Assembly (NCBI GenBank): GCA_016700135.1
Contig: CP065004.1
Location: 1,410,001 to 1,442,000 of the forward strand
Reading direction: 5' to 3'
DNA from: Candidatus Saccharimonadota bacterium
GTDB taxonomy: Bacteria > Patescibacteriota > Microgenomatia > UBA1406 > GWC2-37-13
DNA length: 32,000 nt
The stretch's first letter is position 1. Every line of letters starts with the position of its first letter. A model generated the notes under the pieces. That model did no database searches. It saw only the letters and a program-made list of their open reading frames with translations, and was not told the origin of the DNA. Below, piece by piece: positions 17,496 through 23,674 of the stretch. A program made the position numbers and the translations under genes.

Positions 17496-17984
17496 TTATT
17501 TTGTAACTTCTTTAGTTGACTCCCCAGAGTTTTTAACTTCGGCGGCTTTCTTTTCCTTTTTAACAGTTTCCTTTTTTGCTAACGGCTTTTTTTCAGCTTT
17601 TTCCTTTTTGACTTCTTTCTGTTCTGCCTTTTTCTCGGCTTTCTTCGGCTGTGCTTTCTCTACTAATACAACCTTAATATGAGAATATCTTCTGACGATA
17701 GGCTTAGCCATTCCTTTTGAACCTGCTTTGAAGCGGCTCAGTTTTCTTCCTTCTTCAATTGTCAAAAGCTTAAATTGTAGCATATCAGCCTGTACTTTTA
17801 AAGAGTTTACAGCGTTCTGAATAGCTGAATTTAAAACTTTATAATATGTTTTTGCCGGCTTTGTCGGGGCATATAAGAGATAATCAAGTGCCTCTTTGGG
17901 AGACATTTTGAAAATATTATTCCGTATCATCCGCAACTTCTTTGGCGATACCTTCAGATTTTTTTGATATGTTACCGATTCCAT
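17496..17984 (-). CDS. rplV: 50S ribosomal protein L22 with a Lys/Glu-rich C-terminal tail
   Basis: The ORF track starts at 18008, overlapping rplB. The Met at 17982-17984 (MESVTYQKNLKVSPKKLRMIRNNI...) fits the L22 N-terminus. The tail is ...KAQPKKAEKKAEQKEVKKEKAEKKPLAKKETVKKEKKAAEVK... Confidence 0.9.
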   Translation of the reverse strand: MESVTYQKNLKVSPKKLRMIRNNIFKMSPKEALDYLLYAPTKPAKTYYKVLNSAIQNAVNSLKVQADMLQFKLLTIEEGRKLSRFKAGSKGMAKPIVRRYSHIKVVLVEKAQPKKAEKKAEQKEVKKEKAEKKPLAKKETVKKEKKAAEVKNSGESTKEVTK

Positions 17985-17988
17985 GAAA

Positions 17989-18762
17989 TTACTTTCTGCG
18001 TTGAACAATTAATTTATTACTCCATTTTTTCTTTGCTCGTGTGCGGACACCGCGTGCTTTTTTACCCCACGGAGTCTTTGCATGCATACCTTCACCGCTT
18101 CGTCCTTCTCCGCCTCCGTGAGGATGGGATCTCGGATTCTGAGCGGTACCCCGAACTGTCGGTCGGATTCCCATCAGTCTTTTTCGTCCTGCTTTTCCGA
18201 TTTCTTCATCTTTATGTTCGATATTTCCGACCCGTCCGACTGTTGCCCAACAACCTTTGCTGAACTTTCGAACTTCTCCTGATGTCAGTTTGACATGGAC
18301 ATAATGGCCGTCTTTAGCAATCACTGAACCGAATGTTCCGGCTCCGCGAATCATAATTCCTCCCTGTCCGGGATAGAGTTCAACATTGTGAACTTCGATA
18401 CCGACGGGGATAGCTGATAAAGGAAGAGCATTTCCTACAGTGATCTCTGCTTTTTCTGATGCGATCACTTTGTTTCCGATATTTAGATTGGCCGGATGAA
18501 GAATATATTTTCTTTCTCCGTCTTTGTATTCAACCAAAGCGATATCTGCATTTCTGTTCGGATCATATTCAATCCTGATCACCGTACCTTCGACATCTTT
18601 TTTATCTCTTTTAAAATCGATTACCCGATAATATCTTTTTTGTCGTTTACCTTGATGGCGAACCGAAATTTTTCCACTTGAGTCCCGCCCTGAATGTTTT
18701 TTCAGGATCTCAGTCAGTTTTTTTTCTGGTTTCTGTGTTGCTGGAATTTCGTGTTTAGCCAT
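17989..18762 (-). CDS. rplB: 50S ribosomal protein L2
   Basis: 257 aa. ...RIEYDPNRNADIALVEYKDGERKYILHP... and ...MGIRPTVRGTAQNPRSHPHGGGEGRS. Confidence 0.96.
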   Translation of the reverse strand: MAKHEIPATQKPEKKLTEILKKHSGRDSSGKISVRHQGKRQKRYYRVIDFKRDKKDVEGTVIRIEYDPNRNADIALVEYKDGERKYILHPANLNIGNKVIASEKAEITVGNALPLSAIPVGIEVHNVELYPGQGGIMIRGAGTFGSVIAKDGHYVHVKLTSGEVRKFSKGCWATVGRVGNIEHKDEEIGKAGRKRLMGIRPTVRGTAQNPRSHPHGGGEGRSGEGMHAKTPWGKKARGVRTRAKKKWSNKLIVQRRK

Positions 18763-18780
18763 GTTTGTAATAATAATTTC

Positions 18781-18805
18781 TAATAGCTATAAGCTATTAG
18801 CTAAT
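18781..18805 (-). repeat. TAGCT-heptad intergenic motif, copy C (rplW-rplB spacer)
   Basis: Minus strand ATTAGCTAATAGCTTATAGCTATTA. Contains the shared 11-mer TAGCTTATAGC and can form an 8-bp hairpin, TAATAGCT-tat-AGCTATTA. Confidence 0.75.
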
Positions 18806-19096
18806 TTATGCTGCCTGTGGAAATAAATCAATTGATCCTTCCGACAGCTTGACGTACGCAATTTTGATATCGGCACGTTTCTTTGTCATCATTTTCTTTC
18901 CGACTCTTTTTTCTTTTCCTTTTCGGATTGCAATACGGACACTTTCGACTGTTACTTTAAACAACTCTTCTACAGTCTGCGCAACCTGATGCTTATTAGC
19001 CTGTGTGTTCACCTCAAACTGATACACTTTATTTTGTGCCAGCTGCGTGGATTTCTCCGTTACCAGAGGTCGGCTTAAAATATTAGTTATTTTCAT
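18806..19096 (-). CDS. rplW: 50S ribosomal protein L23
   Basis: 96 aa. ...ILSRPLVTEKST......YQFEV...ANKHQVAQTVEELFKV.V. 14-nt overlap with rplD. Confidence 0.92.
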   Translation of the reverse strand: MKITNILSRPLVTEKSTQLAQNKVYQFEVNTQANKHQVAQTVEELFKVTVESVRIAIRKGKEKRVGKKMMTKKRADIKIAYVKLSEGSIDLFPQAA

Positions 19097-19769
19097 TTTT
19101 CAAAAAATGATTTGTTAACACCGTTATTGCATTATCAACAAAAATGACTTCGTTGTGGTTGATGACTTCATATGCATTGACTGTTGTTGCCTGTGAGATA
19201 TCGGCATTTTTTATATTTCTTGTAGAAAGGACTAATGCATTCTTTTCTACCTTCGGCATAACAAGAAGTACTTTACCTGTCACTTTCATCGCCTTCAATG
19301 CACTTGCAACCGTTTTTGTTTTCGGTTCTTTTGTCATTGACTCTGCATCAAGAACTTTAATTGTTCCTTCTTTTGCTTTTTGACTCAGAGAAACGAATAA
19401 GGCTTGTTTTTTCTGTTTTTTATTCATGGAAAGAGAAAAGTCTCGTACCAAAGGTCCGAACGTTGCTCCTCCTCCGCGGAACAAATTTGCTTTTGCTGTA
19501 CTGTGACGTGCTCTACCTGTTCCTTTTTGTCTGTATATTTTCTGCATTGATCCCGTCACATCTGCTCTTGTTTTTGCTGAAGCATTTCCCTGTCTTTGAT
19601 TTGCCTGGTACACCCGGACATACTGCGCAAGCAGTTTGCTGTTCATATCCTGTCCGAAAATTTCTTTCGGCAATGCTTCGGTTTTTGCTGACTTTCCGTC
19701 AAGTGCGAAAACGGGAGCTTCCAGTTTTGCTGTTTTTGTCGTTTCTTTTTTTGCTTTAGTTTGTACCAT
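19083..19769 (-). CDS. rplD: 50S ribosomal protein L4
   Basis: 228 aa. ...QRQGNASAKTRADVTGSMQKIYRQKGTGRARHSTAKANLFRGGGATFGP... Confidence 0.95.
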   Translation of the reverse strand: MVQTKAKKETTKTAKLEAPVFALDGKSAKTEALPKEIFGQDMNSKLLAQYVRVYQANQRQGNASAKTRADVTGSMQKIYRQKGTGRARHSTAKANLFRGGGATFGPLVRDFSLSMNKKQKKQALFVSLSQKAKEGTIKVLDAESMTKEPKTKTVASALKAMKVTGKVLLVMPKVEKNALVLSTRNIKNADISQATTVNAYEVINHNEVIFVDNAITVLTNHFLKNENN

Positions 19770-19777
19770 GACTGTAA

Positions 19778-20461
19778 TTAAGAAATATCTTTTGTTTTTA
19801 CTTCTACAACACTTCCTGTGTTGCCGGGAATAAGTCCCTTGACTGTTATTGAATTTTCACTGACTGCAAGAACCTGCAGGTTTTGGACTGTGATGCGGTC
19901 TCCGCCCATCTGTCCTGCCATTCTCTGTCCTTTGAATACTCTTCCGGGGGTTGTCGTGGAACCGACTGAACCCGGAGCACGAAGTCTGTCTGACTGTCCG
20001 TGAGTTTTCGGTCCTCCTCGGAAATTATGTCTTCGGACAACACCCTGGAATCCTTTTCCTTTAGAGGTTCCCGAAATGTCTACGATATCTCCTACTGTAA
20101 AAATGACTTCAGGCTTCACTTCATCTCCGATAAACAATTTCTGTTCACTGATCTGGACTCCTTTTTTCCCTTCTTCTTCTACGAATGTTACTGCTTTCTT
20201 ATCAAGATCCACTCGGATCTCTTTTAAAAAGCGAAGCGGGGTTTTGATCCCCGCTTTTTTCAGTTGTCCTTCTACTGGTTTGGCGATATTTTTTCGTGTT
20301 CCGAAACCGAGTTTGATAGCTGCATAGCCATCTTGTTCCGGTGTAAAAATACCGACGACAAAACAGGGAGAAGTGTTGATGACGGTCACAGGGACCATAA
20401 CACCTTCAGGTGTAAACATTTGTGATTGCGAATTTTTCTCTCCGAGTATAAAACCTGCCAT
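19778..20461 (-). CDS. rplC: 50S ribosomal protein L3
   Basis: 227 aa. ...GDIVDISGTSKGKGFQGVVRRHNFRGGPKTHGQSDRLRAPGSVG...GRVFKGQRMAGQMG. Confidence 0.95.
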   Translation of the reverse strand: MAGFILGEKNSQSQMFTPEGVMVPVTVINTSPCFVVGIFTPEQDGYAAIKLGFGTRKNIAKPVEGQLKKAGIKTPLRFLKEIRVDLDKKAVTFVEEEGKKGVQISEQKLFIGDEVKPEVIFTVGDIVDISGTSKGKGFQGVVRRHNFRGGPKTHGQSDRLRAPGSVGSTTTPGRVFKGQRMAGQMGGDRITVQNLQVLAVSENSITVKGLIPGNTGSVVEVKTKDIS

Positions 20462-20499
20462 GTTTTTATTTAACTTATGTGTATTTTCTAACTCTATAC

Positions 20500-20523
20500 A
20501 AAAAAAGACCCCAGATTGGGGCC
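20500..20523 (-). terminator. Intrinsic terminator-like hairpin plus U7 tract, 38 nt upstream of the rplC start
   Basis: Minus-strand RNA GGCCCCA-AUC-UGGGGUC followed by UUUUUUU (20500-20506). One stem pair is G.U on the minus strand but an A/C mismatch on the plus strand, supporting minus-strand function. Confidence 0.6.
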
Positions 20524-20545
20524 GTTATATCAGGCTTCAATCTGG
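20511..20545 (-). promoter_or_regulatory. Candidate antiterminator stem competing with the terminator
   Basis: On the minus strand, CCAGATTG (complement of 20538-20545) pairs perfectly with CAATCTGG (complement of 20511-20518). The latter covers the end of the 5' arm, the loop and the start of the 3' arm of the terminator, so the two folds are mutually exclusive. Confidence 0.45.
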
Positions 20546-20550
20546 TTAAA

Positions 20551-20592
20551 TTAGAAATGTAACTGTTTCTTACTAACCATTAACAATTGCAT
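20551..20592 (-). other. Candidate 13-codon leader ORF (MQLLMVSKKQLHF) in the rplC leader
   Basis: ATG CAA TTG TTA ATG GTT AGT AAG AAA CAG TTA CAT TTC TAA. The ATG is 9 nt after the -10 hexamer, so essentially leaderless. The stop codon is 5 nt before the antiterminator 5' arm. No SD. Purely positional evidence. Confidence 0.25.
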
Positions 20593-20601
20593 GTGTTTAG
20601 A

Positions 20602-20630
20602 ATTATATACTATAGTTACGCTTAGTTCAA
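20602..20630 (-). promoter_or_regulatory. Sigma-70-like promoter inside the rpsJ-rplC gap
   Basis: Minus strand TTGAAC (20625-20630), 17-nt spacer, TATAAT (20602-20607). A chance match is possible in an AT-rich context. Confidence 0.45.
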
Positions 20631-20730
20631 GCTATATTTGCTATGTATATCCGCAATTTTGCTTGATCTCATATCAAAACGCAATCTCTTCCTCAATTTC
20701 TTTCTTTATCTCAATTGTCAAAATGGAAAT

Positions 20731-20752
20731 CTCCAAAAGAGAACTCTTGGAG
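20731..20752 (-). terminator. Hairpin plus U-rich tail downstream of rpsJ (weak terminator candidate)
   Basis: Minus strand CTCCAA-gagttctctt-TTGGAG followed by ATTTCCATTTTG. Confidence 0.3.
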
Positions 20753-20759
20753 CTTTACA

Positions 20760-20777
20760 TCTGTACAATTGTACAGA
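20760..20777. repeat. Perfect 18-nt palindrome TCTGTACAATTGTACAGA
   Basis: Read directly, 13 nt 3' of the rpsJ stop. Contains CTGT-N8-ACAG. Confidence 0.8.
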
Positions 20778-20789
20778 ATCCGGCGCGCC

Positions 20790-21098
20790 TTACATCTTGA
20801 CGGCAACCTCAACTCCGGCCGGGAGTTCAAGATGCATCAAAGAATCAATAGTCTGATTCGTAGGATTGACGATGTCAAGAAGACGTTTGTGGATTTTAAG
20901 CCCAAAGTGTTCTCTTGCATCCTTGTCGGTAAATGGCGATTTGTTCACCACATACACTTCCTTTTTTGTAGGCAAAGGAATAGGTCCTATGATGGAAGCA
21001 CCTGTCTTTATGGCTGTATCAACCAGCTTCTGACAAGTCTCATCGATCAGACGATGATCGTATGACTTAAGCCGTATTCTTATTCTTCCTTTAGGCAT
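20790..21098 (-). CDS. rpsJ: 30S ribosomal protein S10
   Basis: 102 aa. ...IRIRLKSYDHRLIDETCQKLVDTAIKTGASIIGPIPLPTKKEVYVVNKSPFTDKDAREHF....H.RLLDI. Confidence 0.95.
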   Translation of the reverse strand: MPKGRIRIRLKSYDHRLIDETCQKLVDTAIKTGASIIGPIPLPTKKEVYVVNKSPFTDKDAREHFGLKIHKRLLDIVNPTNQTIDSLMHLELPAGVEVAVKM

Positions 21099-21126
21099 AT
21101 TTAAAAGTGCAAAGATTAACTGAAAT

Positions 21127-21157
21127 CAGTTGGGCGGCCTTTTGGCCGCCCTAACTG
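21127..21157 (-). terminator. GC-rich hairpin between tuf and rpsJ (partial terminator or RNA-stability element)
   Basis: Minus strand CAGTT-a-GGGCGGCC-aaaa-GGCCGCCC-AACTG followed by ATTTCAGTT. Stands out as very GC-rich in an AT-rich spacer. The U-tract is weak. Confidence 0.45.
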
Positions 21158-21166
21158 AGATATTGG

Positions 21167-22351
21167 TTATTTAATGATTTTGGTAACAACACCAGCTCCT
21201 ACCGTGTGTCCACCTTCGCGGATTGCGAATTTAAGACCTTCTTCAAGAGCAATAGGTGCAATAAGTTTTGCTTCGATCTTGATGTTGTCGCCAGGCATGA
21301 CCATTTCTACGCCTTCTGGGAGTTTGACTTCTCCGGTCACATCCGTTGTTCGGATGTAGAACTGAGGTCGGTATCCTTTGAAGAACGGTGTGTGTCGTCC
21401 GCCTTCTTCTTTCTTAAGAACGTAAATTTCAGCTTCAAACTCTGTGTGAGGTTTGACTGAACCAGGTTTTGTGATGACCTGTCCGCGTTCCACATCTTCT
21501 TTTTCGATTCCTCGAAGAAGAAGTCCTGTGTTGTCTCCTGCCCGTGCTTCATCAAGAGTTTTTCGGAACATTTCGATTCCTGTTACGACTGTTTTTGTAC
21601 TATCCTTGAGTCCGACGATTTCGATTTCTTCGTTGACTTTGAGGATTCCGCGTTCGACTCTTCCTGTGACGACTGTTCCTCGACCTTGAATGGTGAAAAC
21701 GTCTTCAACCGGCATAAGGAACGGCTTGTCTGTGTCTCTTTTCGGTTCCGGGAAGTAATCATCGACTGCTTTCATCAAGTCTTCGATTGCTTTTGTTGCT
21801 TCCGGATCATCTTCAAGAGCTTTAAGTGAAGAACCGCGAATGACGGGTACTTCATCTCCCGGATAATCATATTTCTTCAAAAGATCACGGACTTCCATTT
21901 CGACGAGGTCGACGATTTCCTGATCTTGGACCATATCAATTTTGTTTAAGTAAACGACGATTGCCGGTACATTGACCTGATTGGCAAGAAGGATGTGTTC
22001 TCGAGTCTGAGGCATAGGACCGTCAGGAGCTGAGACTACAAGAATAGCACCGTCCATCTGAGCTGCTCCGGTGATCATGTTTTTGATGTAATCAGCATGT
22101 CCCGGGGCATCAATATGTGCATAGTGTCTTTTTTCTGTTTCGTATTCTGAGTGATGAATATTGATGGTGACCCCGCGTGCTTTTTCTTCGGGAGCCTTGT
22201 CAATTTCTTCATATTTCATGTCCTTTGCGAGACCTTTCTTTGAAAGGACGTGATGAATTGCTGAAGTGGTGGTAGTTTTTCCATGGTCGACGTGACCGAT
22301 GGTACCGATGTTAAGATGGGGTTTATTTCTCTGAAATGTGCCCTGTGCCAT
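21167..22351 (-). CDS. tuf: Elongation factor Tu
   Basis: 394 aa. ...[19 protein letters not shown]..., [12 protein letters not shown]. Full-length EF-Tu domains I-III. Confidence 0.97.
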   Translation of the reverse strand: MAQGTFQRNKPHLNIGTIGHVDHGKTTTTSAIHHVLSKKGLAKDMKYEEIDKAPEEKARGVTINIHHSEYETEKRHYAHIDAPGHADYIKNMITGAAQMDGAILVVSAPDGPMPQTREHILLANQVNVPAIVVYLNKIDMVQDQEIVDLVEMEVRDLLKKYDYPGDEVPVIRGSSLKALEDDPEATKAIEDLMKAVDDYFPEPKRDTDKPFLMPVEDVFTIQGRGTVVTGRVERGILKVNEEIEIVGLKDSTKTVVTGIEMFRKTLDEARAGDNTGLLLRGIEKEDVERGQVITKPGSVKPHTEFEAEIYVLKKEEGGRHTPFFKGYRPQFYIRTTDVTGEVKLPEGVEMVMPGDNIKIEAKLIAPIALEEGLKFAIREGGHTVGAGVVTKIIK

Positions 22352-22397
22352 AGGTATGTATAATTACAATTGATAAATAAATAGATGCCAAAACGTT

Positions 22398-22425
22398 ATT
22401 ATAAATGATACCACAGAAAATACAA
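22398..22425 (-). promoter_or_regulatory. Candidate tuf promoter P2
   Basis: Minus strand TTGTAT (22420-22425), 16 nt, TATAAT (22398-22403), about 45 nt upstream of the tuf ATG. Confidence 0.3.
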
Positions 22426-22447
22426 GAGGTATACTTATGTAAGGCCA

Positions 22448-22476
22448 ATAATATAAAGTATTCCAATAAAAGTCAA
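22448..22476 (-). promoter_or_regulatory. Candidate tuf promoter P1, abutting the IS end
   Basis: Minus strand TTGACT (22471-22476), 17 nt, TATTAT (22448-22453). The -35 overlaps the transposase stop codon and lies next to the target-site duplication. Confidence 0.3.
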
Positions 22477-23555
22477 GAGAATGTATGAGTTCCATACATA
22501 TGGCACTCTTTAGGTAAAATAGATAATAGGTAATCCATAGGTGAAATATTGTTCAGGCTTTTGTGAACTCGCTTTGTATTGTACCAGACGAGGTATTCAA
22601 TAAGGTGACGATTGAATGATCCGATACCGGTCCACTTGGTATAGATGTAGGGGTTCATAAATTCTTCCTGGAGTGTTCTGTTTGCTCGCTCAATAAAGGC
22701 ATTGATCTTGGGACATCTGGGGTAGATAAAGAGGTGTGGGATATTGTTTTCTTCCAGATAGTCATGGAAGTTTCCCAGATACTCGAGGCCGTTATCTGTT
22801 TGTATGGTTTTTATACCATCTTGTATTGGGTATACTAGTTCCAGTCTTCTCATAAAATCAGCACCGTTTCGGCTGTTGAGTTTTGAGTATCCGTAGGAGA
22901 ACTGGAATTTGAGTTTGATGTCCACTGCATTGAAGACATACAGCTTGATTCCGTGTACAAACTTCGTGATGGTATCAATCTCAATGTATCCGGTATCTTC
23001 CACCTTGGGAGACCGCTTGACCTTCTGTCGGTACTTTACTTTCCGTTTTGCAAAGCCACTTGCTGGATTGTGATAGATCCGGTAGGTCTTGCGCTGCAGG
23101 TTGTGTCTTTTGATCACTTTTCCAATGGTTGACTCAGATATAGTTGAAATTCCTTCCTGTAGGCAATACTCATCAAGTAAGGGCTTGATCTTCTCCTTTC
23201 CCAAACAAAAGTATTGTTCTCGAATCTCTTTGATAAAGGATATGACCTTCGGGTGAGTCTCCATACGTCGGGGTGTCTTTGGCTTGGTTGTCTCTGGTAT
23301 CAGGCTATCCAACTGCCCTTCTGAATCTCGCCGTCTCTTCCTCCATCGAAACAATGTCCTTCGTGATATCCCATATGCATCAACTGCAGCTTGTATCCCG
23401 TACTTCTCTGCAAATGTCAGAACATCGTTTCTGATTTGTGCTACATCTGACTGATTGTAGTCTGATAGAGATCGTATCTTTTTCATAAGATCTCTATTGT
23501 ACTGCCAGTCATAACTCCTAATTACTCGAAGCTGATCTCCTCCCCATTTACTCAT
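22473..23555 (-). CDS. DDE transposase / integrase-core (rve) protein, IS481-like
   Basis: 360 aa. The N-terminal HTH region is ...ISRRTLFRWRKRRR... The catalytic region is ...IEIDTITKF..., ...IQTDNGLEY... and ...NAFIERANRTLQEE... (D, D, E), followed by ...YNTKRVHKSLN. The stop codon lies 7-9 nt beyond the inferred IS end. Confidence 0.9.
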   Translation of the reverse strand: MSKWGGDQLRVIRSYDWQYNRDLMKKIRSLSDYNQSDVAQIRNDVLTFAEKYGIQAAVDAYGISRRTLFRWRKRRRDSEGQLDSLIPETTKPKTPRRMETHPKVISFIKEIREQYFCLGKEKIKPLLDEYCLQEGISTISESTIGKVIKRHNLQRKTYRIYHNPASGFAKRKVKYRQKVKRSPKVEDTGYIEIDTITKFVHGIKLYVFNAVDIKLKFQFSYGYSKLNSRNGADFMRRLELVYPIQDGIKTIQTDNGLEYLGNFHDYLEENNIPHLFIYPRCPKINAFIERANRTLQEEFMNPYIYTKWTGIGSFNRHLIEYLVWYNTKRVHKSLNNISPMDYLLSILPKECHMYGTHTFS

Positions 23556-23600
23556 AGATGTTAGTTCCCTATGAGTGCCATATCTTTCGTAACTTATTCA
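22482..23600 (-). mobile_element. IS481-family insertion sequence (1119 bp) with imperfect ~28-nt terminal inverted repeats and a 5-bp target-site duplication
   Basis: Left end TGTATGAGTTCCATAC-ATATGGCACTC (22482-22508). The reverse complement of the right end is TGAATAAGTTACGAAAGATATGGCACTC (23573-23600). That gives 21/28 matches, including a perfect 11-mer. GAGAA flanks both ends (22477-22481 and 23601-23605). Confidence 0.7.
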
Positions 23601-23674
23601 GAGAAAAATGAATCCTTTTTAATATATGTATATATAAAGAGGGTCTGTATTTATCCGAACTCTAGTGCTACAAT

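Noticed and set aside
20760-20777. LexA/SOS box reading of CTGTACAATTGTACAG
   Set aside because: It fits CTGT-N8-ACAG, but it lies 3' of rpsJ and not over the -35/-10 of any promoter that I can see. No lexA or SOS gene is in the window. It is kept only as a low-interest palindrome.
20462-20789. tRNA or protein gene hidden in the rpsJ-rplC gap
   Set aside because: There is no T-loop (GTTCRA) or cloverleaf-like pattern. The plus-strand ORFs at 20591-20856 overlap each other and rpsJ antisense, and look non-coding.
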